A stretch of DNA of 63,907 nucleotides, the filler included, from Chiloscyllium plagiosum (taxonomy: Eukaryota): NCBI RefSeq assembly GCF_004010195.1. It is 4 parts of one record of this genome, joined end to end, with 100 filler letters (N's around TTAATTAATTAA, not from the genome) between each part and the next. Parts side by side here need not be neighbours in the genome. Positions count along the whole stretch, not along the records: positions 1 to 15,843 come from NC_057711.1; positions 15,944 to 36,063 come from NC_057711.1; 2 more parts are not named here. One strand, given 5' to 3'. Position 1 is the first letter of the stretch. Each line of letters opens with the position of its first letter. Below, piece after piece: positions 12,452-24,845 of the stretch. A program made the position numbers and the translations under genes. The notes below the pieces were generated by a model that was not told the origin of the DNA, made no database searches, and saw only the letters and a list, made by a program, of their open reading frames with translations.

Positions 12452-13544
12452 AAATATCTGTCGACATTTTACTTGTATTCAAGGGGAGACATCACCCAAA
12501 CACATCAATTGCTATAGGATAACACGTCCAAAGAGTTATCCGAATTACAGTCTTTTATAACAAAATCATGAGAATGTCAATACATGATTTATTCATTTTA
12601 GTAACAAGCGCGGTTTTGACAAAATGCCATGTTGATAGGAAATAAATGAAGCTACAGTTTTATAGTTAGTATCGTATCAGTCACAGCTTCTTCAGGTCAT
12701 ACAAGCTATCTGTTCTTTTCCCAGGGATTCTAGCCATAAAGACTTCTACTCGCTGTTATGACCACAAGATGTCTGCTTGACCAACAAAGTGTCTTCTTTA
12801 AAATGGTTACGGCTTTATGCTTTTAGCTAAATACCTTTGTTATTAAACAAATTTGTTCTTTATGTTACTAAATTTTAATCATTTAGCTATTCTATCTTTC
12901 ATGCTGGCCTACTAAACAGTTTTATTCTTCCACAGTGCCTCGCATATATATATAATTTATATTTTTCGTCCTCCGGACCCTCTTTACTGTGTGAACGTGT
13001 TTAAAGATTTTTCACTCATGCTGATTAGCGGGTAAAATCACTTCTCTCACAGCTATGATTGTAGATGTATAGATGATGGTGAAAACCCCACAAAGAACAC
13101 TGGAAGAGGTTGAAATTACTCTCACATTTTTGATTTTCATTTGAATATGGAAAACACATTAACTCATCAACGGGAAGGCATATCCTTCAAGGTACCCTAT
13201 GAACACCTTCAAAAAACATTATGCAGGCAGGCATTGGTTTTCTTTGTAAGTTTTATTCCAAATTGTTTTGACAGCATGTGTTGATGGGGAAGAGTTTGAT
13301 TCTGCCCGATCTTCATCTTCAGACAGTCTTAAGTTGTTTCAAGGTGTTTTGAGAATGAATTGAATTTCAAGTGCAAATAACACTTAATATTCCTGTAACC
13401 TGGGTTGAATAATTATGTCCAGATTCAAATTCACATCTTGGGATGACACCACTGGTAGAAGAGCAACAATATTCATAAGTGAAATTTAAAACAATCAGCA
13501 TAATTAAAGAGGTGTGATTCAAGGAGGAGACCAAAATGTAAGAC

Positions 13545-13955
13545 ATTGAAACATAGAAGTTAAGAACATTGATAGGTGAGTCACCCCTTGCAGCCTGCTC
13601 TACCATTCGATATGATCATGGATAATCATCCTATTCAGCATCTTGTTCCCACTTTTGTTTCATGCCTTGCGACCCCTTTAACCCTAAGAACTATATCTAA
13701 CTTCTTCTTCAAAACATTCAATGTTTTGCTCTTCATTGCTTTCTCTGGCAGAGAATTCCACAGGCTCACCACTCCCTGGATGAAGACATTTCTCCTCATC
13801 CCAGGTCTATCTAGCCTACTTGCTATCCCTGGACTGTCACTCCTAGTTCTAGACTTCACACCAGGAAGATCCTTCCTGAATTTACCATGTCAAGTCATTT
13901 TAGAATTTTATAGGTTTCTATGAGATTCATCCTCATTGTTCCAACTTCAGTGAAT
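13545..13955 (-). mobile_element. CR1 3' fragment
   Basis: MRRNVFIQGVVSLWNSLP motif and tail. Confidence 0.8.
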
Positions 13956-14170
13956 ATGGGAGTATCTGGCAAGTGCCAAAGTGTGTGCAATCCTTCAGCA
14001 GTGCTACATAATGCTGAAAATACAAGGAATGCTTTCTCTAAACTTTCCTCATCAAACACTCCCAGGACAGGAACGGTACAGGGCCAGATAAAAAGTTCAG
14101 TTGCTTCTCTCTGGCCACCCAGATGCCTTTCTATTACTGAAGGGATAGTTACTGGAGAGACAGATGGAAG

Positions 14171-14405
14171 GTTCTGGATTAGTGGTGCTGGAAGAGCACA
14201 GCAGTTCAGGCAGCATCCAAGGAGCAGCGAAATCGACGTTTCGGGCTTAAAGGCACTAATTTGTATGTGTGTGTCTGTGGCGCACGCATGCAAAAGCCTG
14301 AAACGTCGATTTCGCTGCTCCTTGGATGCTGCCTGAACTGCTGTGCTCTTCCAGCACCACTAATCCAGAATCTGGTTTCCAGCATCTGCAGTCATTGTTT
14401 TTACC
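14171..14405. mobile_element. Palindromic Penelope-derived insert with captured local DNA in the loop; TSD agacagatggaagg
   Basis: Inverted arms 14172-14246 and 14296-14370; loop 14247-14290 is the reverse complement of 14581-14623. Confidence 0.85.
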
Positions 14406-14419
14406 CAGACAGATGGAAG

Positions 14420-15843
14420 GTGCTGTCCGGCCCTTCTATCTTGAAGACACATCGTGTGGTTAAGGGCTGAACGAGGTTCACAGATCTCTGGCAGGATAAT
14501 CACTAATCCATGTGTAGAGAGATGCAAATTCAGTGAGTCTGGTTTGAATTGACATTGCAGACACATGCACACGTGGGCACGTGCGTGCGCCACATACACA
14601 CACATACATATTAGTGCCTTTAAAACTAACTGCAAGACTTAACAGAACAAGAAATTCTGTTGTGGCCACTGAAGCCAGTGTGTGGTTTGCACTTTAACTC
14701 TACATTTTCCACAATTTCCTTCTCAAAGCCCCAAAGCTTTGGGCTGTATATTGTATTTTTTTTGGCCAAGTCCTAGCTGCACCAAATTCTTTGGAGCATT
14801 TTTGCCTGCCTCTCTCTCATTCCAGAAGGAAAATAGCCCACAATAGGGCAGAATGAGTCAACATAACGGGTGTGCTGTTGATCATTCGGCTCCTCAGTCC
14901 TTACATGGCGAACATCCTGACTCTGACTGCCCTGAGCAGGGCCAGGACAGATCAAAGGCTGCACTCGGCTGGGTGTACCAGGAGCTCCTGAGAAAGGCTG
15001 TCTCCCTGACTCAACTGTGGACGACTAACAACTATAACAAGCTTCCTGTGTCTGTGCTAAAAGCATAAAACAGCTGCAATATGGGCCTGGTATTTCTGGC
15101 TAAGAGAAAAAAAAAGTGTTAAAAGGCAAGGCAGGAATATTATGGGCATCCAAGGATATTTTTTGTGAAGGAATTCCAAAATTTTGATCCAGCGACATTG
15201 AAGTAAAAGCTATATGTTTCCAAGCCAGAATGGTTAGTAACTTGGAGGGGAAATTGCAGTTGATGATGCTTCCATGTATCTGCTGCCCATCACCTTCCAG
15301 GTGGAAGTGGTTGTAAGTTTGGAAGGTGTTGTCTGAAGACCCTTGGTGAATTTCTGATGTGCATCTTGTAGGTAGTACACACTGTTGTTACTGTGTGTTC
15401 GTGGTGGAGGGAATGGAGTTTTGTGGATGTTGTGCCAATCTAATGGGTTGCTTTGTTCTGGATGGTGTCAAGCTTCTTGAGTGTTTTTGGAGATGCACCC
15501 ATCCAAGCCAGTGAGGAGTATTTCATCACACTCTTGACTTGTGCCTTGTAGATGGTGGATAGGCTTTTGGGAACCAGGAGTTGAGTTACTTGCTGCAGTT
15601 TTTCTAGACTCTAACCTGCCCTTGTAGCCTGTGTGCTGATCTGGCAAGTTCTGTTGAGTTTCTGGTCAATGTGCTCAATAAAATGTTGACTTGATATCAA
15701 GGGCAGTCATTCTCACCTCACCTCACCTCTGGACCATTTTTTAACCAAGGCTGTAATGAGGTCAGGAGCTGAATGCCCCTGGAAGAACCCAAACTGGGCA
15801 TCACTGAGCAGGTTATTGCTGAGCAGGTGCTGCTTGATAGCAC
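14420..15843. repeat. Segmental duplication unit, copy 1, right part (conserved block 14657-15065 plus shared LINE fragment)
   Basis: Matches 25250-26770 and 61090-61920; the same unique/LINE junction (aaaaggcaaggcagg...gcatcca) occurs in copies 1 and 2. Confidence 0.85.
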
Positions 15844-15943
15844 NNNNNNNNNNNNNNNNNNNNNNNNNNNNNNNNNNNNNNNNNNNNTTAATTAATTAAN
15901 NNNNNNNNNNNNNNNNNNNNNNNNNNNNNNNNNNNNNNNNNNN
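15844..15943. other. Assembly gap with artificial TTAATTAATTAA linker
   Basis: 44 N + ttaattaattaa + 44 N; identical design at 36064-36163 and 50113-50212. Confidence 0.97.
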
Positions 15944-17323
15944 CCTGCCCCCACTTTATCTTCCAATGGGTGTTACCTGGTCTTATCATCTCTGTAATCT
16001 CAGTAGGTCACTTGGGGTAACTGGAAAACACATTCTTCCCTTCGAAGGCATATGTCCACCTGGGGGAAATGTCTAAGAAACGTGTCCACATCCTCTAAGT
16101 GCTCCTTGTTGGTCTTCCCACTCATTAGCACAACATCTAGCTTAGTGACGACCAGGGATAGAGCTTCTAAAATGCTCTCCACTGTCCACTGAAAAATTGC
16201 ACAGACTGACGATACCTGAAATGGCCGTCTCATGTATTGGTACAAATTCTATGGGTAGTAATCGCAGCACACTTTGGAGAATCATCATCTAACTGCAATT
16301 GCAAACACACATAGCTCATGCCCAGCTTCATGAAGGACAACCCACCCTGCCAACTTTGCATATCAATCATCAATTGGTATTTATCCAGCTGTTAAAAATA
16401 TTTTACTGTTTGTTTAAAATCCCCACAAAGTCGAACTGACCCATCGGATTTCACAATTGGTGCGATTGATGCTGTCCATTCCAAAAACTGGACTGGTTTG
16501 GTGATTTCTTCCAGTCTTCTGATTCCTGCCTCTACTTTTGCCAAAGGCACTGGGCATGCCTTGCAGAATGTGCAATTGCTTCCTGGTCAACATGCAAGAT
16601 AGTTTTGGCTCCTTTGGTAGTTCATTGACCTTCCAAAAAAACTTCTGGGTATTTAATTAGGATTTCACTCAGGCAATCACGTTCAATTCAAAAATTCAAG
16701 GTGAATATTTCTCAACCAATTTTGCCCCATCAAGCTTGGGTACAAGTCTTTTACTGAGCTGAAAATGTGTTGCTGGAAAAGCACAACAGGTCAGGCAGCA
16801 TCCAAGGAGCAGGAGAATCAATGTTTCGGGCATGAGCCCTTCTTCAGGAATGGAGTCTTTAACAACAAACTGTGATAACTGAACCAGCTACTTCTTTTAA
16901 GAGACCGTAGCTGAAGTTGTATCCTTAATTTGTAAAGGTTTCCTGGTCTCGGTTCTCAGTCTAGCTGAGGTCTTGCGCAAACTTAAAGGTTGGAGTCTAG
17001 AGCGAATTTTGTCAAAGACTGGTTCTGTGATCACTGAAATGGCCATGCTGGTATCCACCTCCATTAGAACCGGGTGGCCATTTAACCAGACTTTAATTTT
17101 GACCAGGCTGGTATCTCATCACCAAGTCACCTGTTATTTGCATGTGGAGAGTTCTTGGCATTGATCCAGCTCCCTCAGAGCCAGCTCTTAGAGTTCACAG
17201 AATGTCTAACACTCCTGTTCTTATCTGTCAGCCATGGCTCCCTAATGGACCAGATTAACCACCCTAAATAAAGAACTCATATACTATGAGGTCTACCTGG
17301 TTGGCATTGTTACAATCATAACA
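15944..17323 (-). mobile_element. Mag-clade Gypsy remnant: LTR (~17105-17323) joined directly to protease-RT
   Basis: LTR homologous to 55429-55652 and 58194-58426; VWLNGHPVLMEVDTS protease; RT motifs AIFQWTVESIL and EHLEDV; short Penelope insert at 16757-16851. Confidence 0.8.
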
Positions 17324-17329
17324 CACTCC

Positions 17330-18290
17330 TCATACTCTTCAAGAGATGCACTTGATCCCAGTTGTCTCTATCTAATGTATGACACCTTATTATTTTTCAC
17401 CAGATCCTCAATATCTTTATTCATCTATTGTTCCCTACTCCAACCAACCTTACTCTTCATTCTAATGGAACATGATACCTCTGACCTCTCATTGTCTCAG
17501 TTTTGAAACCTCCCACATGTCAGTCATCCCTTTACCTATGAACAGTCTACTCCGATCAATTTTGAAAGTTCCTGTCTCATGCCATCAAACTTTACCTGAC
17601 TCCAATGATTGATTTTCAATTTTATGCAATGCTTATCCTTTTCCATAACTTTTTTAAAACTAACAAATTATGATCACTGGTCCCAAAATGCTCCCCCACT
17701 AACTCTTCACTTGTCTTACTTACCAAGAAAAGATCAAATTTTGGGCATCGGCAGATAGATGCAGAAAATTTTCTTGAACACATTTAACAATTTCCTCACT
17801 ATCCAAGCCCTGAACACTGTCCCAGTCTATGTTTGGAAAGTTAACATTCATTACTGTGATAACTTTAATACTCTTACATGTATCTGAGATCTGTCTACAT
17901 ATTTGCTCCTCAATTTCCCTCTGATGGTTGGGGGGCATATAGAACAATCGCATCTAGGTGATCAGTCCTGTGGTTTATAAAATCATAAGGAGCATAACCA
18001 AGGTGAATTCGAAAGATATTTTCCTTAGAGTGGAGGAGTCCAAAACTCGGGGCATATATTTAAGATGCGAAGAGAATGATTTAAAGGAGCTGAGGGGCAA
18101 CCTTTTCACATAAAGGTGGCTCATATGTGAAATGAACTGTCAGAGGAAGAACTGGATGCAGGTACAGTTATAATGTTTAAAAGAAATTTGGATAGGTACA
18201 TGAATAGAAATGGTTTCGAGGGATATGGGCCAAACACATGTAAATGGGAATAGTTCAGTTTGGGAATTTTGGTTGATGTGGCTGAGTTGG
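17330..18290. mobile_element. Old CR1 fragments (endonuclease on -, 3' end on +)
   Basis: YMPPN...EEQICRQI...NFPNIDWD on minus; CR1 3' UTR-like sequence at 17970-18290. Confidence 0.75.
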
Positions 18291-19557
18291 ATCAGGTTCT
18301 GTGGTTTGGGTTTCAAATCGCACCACAGCAATCTGGAATTAAGAGTCTCATAATGACAATGACCTCTTGGAAAGGAAATCTACCATCCTTACCTCTTCTG
18401 GTTCACTCCAGACCCACAGCAATGTGGCTGACTCTGAACTATCCTCTAGGCAATTAGGGATGGACATTGAATGCTGGTCAGCCAATGAAAACTTCATCCT
18501 GTGAATGAATGATAAAACAGAGTCCATGGATGGTGACATGACCAAACCCATATTGTGCTCAGGATTCAGTAATTTCAGATGATGAGAAATGACATTGATT
18601 ACTCCAAAAGTGAAAATGTTCAGGGGGACTGTGGAGAGGTTAGCCCAGCTTACAATCGCAAGTCCCAAAGCCAGATCATGCAGCAGAGACAAGGAAAAAA
18701 TGTCTTAGCAAAACGATAACTGAGCTAAATTAAAGTCTGTAAGAAACAGATTGAACAGAGTCCAGTTCTTTGCTCCAGAACTGGGAAGGTTTACTGATGG
18801 AGATAGTGAAAGTTATGAGGTGTTAGATAGGATCAACAAACAGGAAATATGGAAGGCCCTGAAACTATGAACTGTAAATATAATAGTCAGCACCAAATTA
18901 TCAGGAGAAGCTTCTCCACAGGGAGTGGTTAGAATATGGGACCTGCTTGTGTACCGAGTGGTTGACACAATGACCAATATTGTTATATATAAGGGGAAGC
19001 TTGATCAAATCTTGAGGGATGAAGCAACAGGAGGAAATGCTGACAAAGTGAGCAAAAGAAGGGTGAGAGGACCTTGTGCAGAACATGATCACTGACAAAA
19101 ACCAACACAATGGATGGTCTGATTCTGTAAATCTAAACTGCATGTTCCTTCATTTCAGAATACTTATAAGCACTGCTGACATTTTCATTTACTCATGGGA
19201 TGGGATTTTGCAAGCGGGGCCAACATTTCCTACCCATCCCTAATTACCCTTGAGAAGATGATGGGTACCTGTCTCATTGAAATGCTGCAGTTCATGGTGT
19301 TCGAACTCTTGCTGATGTTTAATGATTTTTGTTTTATTTTATCAATCTTTGTTTGGAGCTGTGATCAGGGAACTGTGAGCTGAAGATGACAAACAACTTC
19401 TGATTTGGCTGTGTGCCCATGCCTGGAAGTTAATTGTAGGTTGATTCTCATCGACACAATTCCATGGACACTTACACAGCAGGGGAGAGCAATATATTTA
19501 AACAGATACCAGAAGTTGCCCATAACTGAGGTCATTCCCTGAGAATTAGTTTCAGCA

Positions 19558-19721
19558 ATACTTATCTGACAGGGGAGATGACATGATCAGTGCGGTGCCT
19601 CTCCCAAGACGAGGCTATCCCATTGCACTGCGGGTGTGCTGACGCCTGCAATGCCCCCAAATGCAGGAGACTTGACTGCAACATTTGTGGTAGTGGGGGA
19701 CTGCGTTCGCGCTCTCCCCTG
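19558..19721 (+). ncRNA. RNU1: U1 snRNA variant or pseudogene, full length (164 nt)
   Basis: ATACTTATCTGACAGGGGAGA...ATTGCAC...ATTTGTGGTAGTGGGGGACTGCGTTCGCGCTCTCCCCTG is colinear with vertebrate U1; followed by an A-rich run. Confidence 0.95.
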
Positions 19722-19744
19722 TAAAAAACAAAAAAAATTTTGTG

Positions 19745-20048
19745 GGTGGCACAGTGGTTAGCATTGCTGCCTCACAGCGCCAGAGACCCGGGTTCAATTC
19801 CCGCCTCAGGCAACTGACTGTGTGGAGTTTGCACATTCTCCCCATGTGTGCATGGGTTTCCTCCAGGTGCTCTGGTTTCCTCCCACAGTCCAAAAATGTG
19901 CAGGTTAGGTGAATTGGCCATGCTAAATTGCCCGTAGTGTTAGGTGTAGGGGACTGGGTCTGGGTGGGTTGCTCTTTGGAGGGTCGATGTGGACTTGTTG
20001 GGCTGAAGGGCCTGTTTCCACACTGTAGGTAATCTAATCTAAAAAAAA
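19745..20048 (+). mobile_element. HE1 SINE, full length
   Basis: gggtggcacagtggttagc head with A/B boxes, core, aatct and A tail. Confidence 0.95.
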
Positions 20049-20329
20049 GTCTGGGAGGCACCTTCTGCTCAAGGAGGTGGCAGATGTTCAGTAGTAACTG
20101 GGACCTCATGGTCAGTCTGTCAGGGAGAGACCACAATTTTCAGTTGGGTTTTGGGAGAAGGAGTTGGGCTGTTGATGCAACAACATGAAGATTGAAAACT
20201 TCCTGCCTAACCTTCCACTGTCAGCTATTAAAATGAGAGAGAGAATGAGGTTCTTGAGCATTTGTATCTCTTTTTAGAAAGTAGACATACCCTTGGCTAA
20301 TTTATTCCAAAACTAAATGAAAATGTAAT

Positions 20330-20670
20330 GGTTGACAGAATAATGACAGGCAGACTATGACAAGCTAAAAATAATTTGAACAAATGAACTGGTATTAACT
20401 GCACCAAACTTTAACAAATCATTTCAATTAGCAGTCGATGTTTGCAGTTTGAGGATTGGAGCAATTCTCCTATAGGATGACGAGGCTGGGATGGAGAGGC
20501 CGGTAACCTATTTTTCAAAAAAATTTGAACTAATATCAGAAAAACAACTTAATGGGAGAAAAGGAAGCAAAGTTGGCAGCTCTTCAATAATATGTTTGAC
20601 GTGGAAACAATAAGACTGTCATTTTTACCGATCATAATCCACCGACTCTCATAGAAGGAGCTTAGATCTA
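20330..20670 (+). mobile_element. Gypsy RNase H fragment
   Basis: FQLAVDV...IGAILL.DDEAGMERPVTYFSKK...TDHNP. Confidence 0.75.
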
Positions 20671-22660
20671 CAGCTGGAGAGGTGTTGAAAGACTGGAGGA
20701 AAACCAATGTGGTACCGTGACTCAAAATGTGAGCAAGGGATAAACCAGGTAGCTACAGGCCAGTCAGTCAATAGCAGGGTAACTATTGGAAGCAATTGGA
20801 AGGGACAGAATTAACCTAATCTGGGAGAGGGATGAATTAAGCAAAAAGAGAGAGCATGGTTTTGTCAGGGAGAGGAAAGCAGGAGATGGGAAATTATAAG
20901 CTGGTTAGCCTGACCTCAATCATTTGTAAGATTTTCGAGTCCATTATTAAAGATGATATTGCAGAGTACTTGGAAGTGAATGGTAAAATAAGGTTGAGTC
21001 AGCATGTCTTCATTAAGGAGAGTTCATGCATGAAATTAATCTGTTAGAATTCTTTAAGGAGACAATGAACAAGTTAGATAAAGGAGAATAATTGGACATG
21101 ATGTATTTGGATTTTCAGAAGGTCATTGACATGGTGTTTCACAGGAGGCTGTTAAAAATGTTAGAAACCCATAGTGTTGGTTATTGGTATAGCGTGATGA
21201 TACTATAGCTTCAAGAAGTATACTTTGTTCTAGTTTTTTTTTTAATGAGGAAGGGTTGGCACAGAGGTGCCAGAATTTCTGATCCAAGCCAAAAAAGTAA
21301 AGAAGAACTTGGGAGGCCTTGAGGTGTTTTTAAAATTTGAAACAATAGAAGCAGCATGAAGGAGTGGGGTCAAGCTCCCACAGAATCAATATTATAGTTT
21401 AAGTTTGAGGCCCTGTTGGGGTTTGGAAGCTTTTATATCTCTCTCCCTGGTGCAGCAAAATGCTTGCATTCTCTCTCTCTCTTTCAGAGTTTGCTCCTGA
21501 TGTTGTCTCCTCCTGGACTGGAAAATTGCATGTGAGACAATCTATTTTACTGAATTTGCCTTTGCCAAGGGTGTGTTTGTAGGATGTCACTATATTGAAA
21601 CAATTGCAGTTTAGTCATTAGATATCTATTATTCTGTTAAGTTTTCCAGTAGAGTTAATTTTTTACAATTCTTCTTTCTTTTATTTGTATTTTCTATTGT
21701 TCATCCCACTTTCTGCTTTCCCCTTCATCTATTTTCTTAGCTCACTTTAGACAACTCATTTTCTTCATACCTCTGTAATTGCTTTCATTTAAGTTGAAAA
21801 CACTGTTTAGACCCAATTTGTTTTGCCCCAAAGATAGGTTAAGTGAGTGGGCAATGGTCTAGCAGATAGAGTGCAATGTTGGTCAATGTGAGGTCATTCA
21901 TATTGGTAGGAATAACAGCAAAATGGTCTATTATTTAAATGGTGAAAAAGTGTAGCATGCTGCTGTGCAGGGGGACCTGAGGATACTTGTACATGAATCA
22001 CAAAAAGTTGGTTTGAAGGTGCAGCAAGTAATCTAGAATGCAAATGGATTATTGTGCTTCATTGCTGGAGGGATGAAGTTTAAAAGCAGGGAAGTTATGC
22101 TGCAGCTGTATAGGGTGCTGGGGAGACCTGTGTACAGTTTTTGGTCTCCTTAATTCATAAAGGACGTACTGGCACTGGAAATGGTGCAGAGAAGGTTCAC
22201 TAGGTTGATCCTGGAATTGAGTGTGTGGCTTATGGAGAGAGATTGAGTAGTCTGGGGCTATACTCATTCGAATTTCAAAGAATGAGGGGGGATCTACATA
22301 TAAAATTGTTGTGGAATATATAAAATAGAAACAGTGAGGTTCTTTCCACTGGCAGGTGAAACTAGAACTGGGCGGCTTAGCTTCAAAATAAGGAGGAGCA
22401 GATTGAGAACTGAGTGAGGAGGAACTTCTTCAAGGTTGTGAATCTGTGGAATTCCCTGCCCAGTGAAGCAGTGGAGGCTGCTTCGTTGAATGTTTTTAAG
22501 GCAAAGGTAGATAGATTTTTGAACAGTAAAGGTATTAAGGATTATGGTGAGTGGGCAGGTAAGTGGAGCAAAAGCCACAAAAAGATCATGATCTTGAATA
22601 GCGGAGCAGGCTCAACAGGCCAGATGGTCTACTCTTGCTCCTGTTTCTTATGTTCTTATG
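20670..22660 (+). mobile_element. CR1 RT fragments and 3' end, interrupted by an LTR-like insert (~21193-21700)
   Basis: GNYKLVSLTSIICKIFE, MRRNFFKVVNLWNSLP, ttcttatg tail. Confidence 0.8.
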
Positions 22661-23049
22661 TGAAACTGATTTAAATATCTTAAATGTTGTGATTGCTATG
22701 CCTTAGTGGATCCTCAATCCTCATAATCTTCCCTCAATACACATGACTAGATCTAAATTACTATGTTCCTGGGCAGATTCTACAATGTGGCTTGTCTAAG
22801 AAACAATACCTTCTGCATTCCTTGTTATCCTTGACTGTCTGATTTGTTGAGTCAACATTCGGATTAAAATCATGCATGATAGTTGTAATTCCGATCTTAC
22901 AGACTATTTCCTGTTTGACCATTTATCCTGCACTGAGACAACCTTTCCATTGATCTAGAAACAACTCCCGCTAGGGATCTCTTTCTCTTATATTCCCTAA
23001 TTTTGCCCAAATCAATCCAGCATCATGACCTATTTACTTATATGATGAC

Positions 23050-23870
23050 TAATATATTGATAAATGTGAAGTATGGCATTTTGATAAAACAAACAAAGGC
23101 AATTCTCATACAATTAAAAGTAGGGCCTTGTGCAATGTTGTAGGGATTTGGGTACACAATTCTTTGAAGTTTGTTTCACATATAGATGTTAAGAAAGTGT
23201 TTGGCATTCTTGCCTTCATTGCTCAGACTTTTGAGTATAAGAGTTGGGACCATCATGTTGAGGCTGTACAGGATGTTGGTGAAGCCTCTTCTGAAGTATT
23301 GTGTTCAGTTCTAGTCTCCCTGTTACAGGTAGGATATCATTAATCTGGAGATGGTTAAGAAGAAATTTGCCAGGATGTTGCCCGTAATAGAAGGCTTTAG
23401 TTTTCAGGAGAGGCTGGATAGGCTGGGACCTTTTTCACTGGAGCTTAGGAGGTTGACAGTTGATCATATAATGGTTTATAAAATCATGAGAAGTTTCGAT
23501 AAGGGGGTCTTTTCCCTCAGGTGGGGTATTTCAAGACTGGAGAGCTTTTTTTTAAATGAGAGGAGAAATATTTTTAAAAAGACATGAAAGACAATCTTTT
23601 TTTCCCACAAAGAATAGTTCCTGTTTCGAATGAACTTCCAGAGGAAGTGGTGGATGTGGGTAGAGTTGCAACATTGAATTTTCAGAGGAAGTGATGGATG
23701 CAGATAAGAGTTACAACATTTAAAAGACATTTAGATAATTTCGTGAAAAAGAAATGTTTGGAGGGATATGTGCCAAGTGTAAGCGGGTGGGACTAGTTTA
23801 TTTTGGAATTAAGGTCAATATGAATTGATTGATCAAAGGGTCTGTTTCTGTGCTATATAATTCTGTGACT
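23050..23870 (+). mobile_element. CR1 3' fragment
   Basis: ARMLP...ERLDRLGPFSLELRRL. Confidence 0.8.
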
Positions 23871-24781
23871 CCACTCCCAACAATGCTAATACCTCCCTTT
23901 CTTAGCGATTTGACTCCTTCTCCCTCCAACTGAATCCCACCTCCAAGCCCCACCCATACCCCAAAAATTAATTTAAAGCCCTTAATAAGTTGGTAAAATG
24001 TTTAGGGACCGAGAGCTGCAAAATGGGAGGAGTATAGTCAGATCTATGTTGGTTGATGCATTGGCCAAATAACTTCTTTCTATTCTATAAATGGCGAGCA
24101 GTCCATGATTCTACAATGAAAATGTGAAGGAATGACCCTTCAGACTAGGAATGGTTAATGACTGGCTGACTGACTGTAATTAATACTCATCATATTGATA
24201 AAAGGGCACTGAGGCAGAAATAGACACAATGCAACTTTCTACATTGAGTTTATTTTCTATCTACCATAAAAATCTTGTAACTGCACATCATTCATTCAAT
24301 CTCAATGGTCAGCCACCTACAAGGTTTGGATACATCAAGTGGCAAATTTTGACTTTCTTTGTTATGTATTTGTAAAACAAGTAATATTTGTAGGAAGTAA
24401 AGGCAAGTGCTTTAATTTCATCATTGTTAATTCTCAGTCAGTTATGTTCCAGTATCTCTTTGAGTCCTGGTTGTGTCTGCAGTGTTTTGTACCTCCCTTC
24501 ACTCTCTGGAAGGTCGCATGATGTGGGCTCTGTCCCACTGGGAGCTCTGATTAGAATGTTCTGGCAACTTTAGGTAAGCAATGTTATCTTGCTTTCATTT
24601 TTTTTTGTAAAACTAATGATTTCTCCCTAATGAAGAAGCAGCAGTGAAGGAAAAGGCACATCATGCTGAACAGCAACAACTTTGGGAACTAAATACCAGA
24701 CAGCAGATGGGTTACCATGGAGGAGAAAATTCCAGGATTAACAAAATGAATTTGGAAGGTCAGTATTAAAAAGTACTTTAC

Positions 24782-24845
24782 TGCCTCCCCGCACTGAGAC
24801 TGACAGGAGGACTGCAGAAAGACAAACATAGAGAGATCTCATCAT
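24782..24845 (-). CDS. Candidate leader exon, copy 2: MMRSLYVCLSAVLLSVSVRGG, GTAAAG donor
   Basis: Same frame and phase as copy 1; synonymous differences TCG/TCA and GGT/GGA. Confidence 0.42.

Larger units (their letters stand above)
3291..12934 (-). mobile_element. Endogenous retrovirus A: 5' LTR 12934-12459, tRNA-Gln PBS, gag, no recognisable pol, env TM remnant, PPT, 3' LTR 6319-~3291 split by CR1
   Basis: 12459-12934 and 5628-6319 are diverged direct repeats starting TGTGGAAGAATAAAAC on the minus strand; the remaining LTR end lies at ~3291-3327; PPT aaaaggggggaa at 6331-6320; gag and env motifs listed separately. Confidence 0.85.

Noticed and set aside
14522..14529. Octamer ATGCAAAT (also ~25387) as an Ig promoter
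   Set aside because: Over 500 bp from the leader ATG and absent from copy 3.
14960..15000. WVYQE..RK resembling an Ig V framework-2 motif
   Set aside because: No in-frame B-strand Cys, no D-x-x-x-Y-x-C and no RSS in any of the three copies.
15888..15899. TTAATTAATTAA motif repeated at three sites (also 36108, 50157)
   Set aside because: Centred in identical 100-bp N gaps; an artificial six-frame-stop linker.
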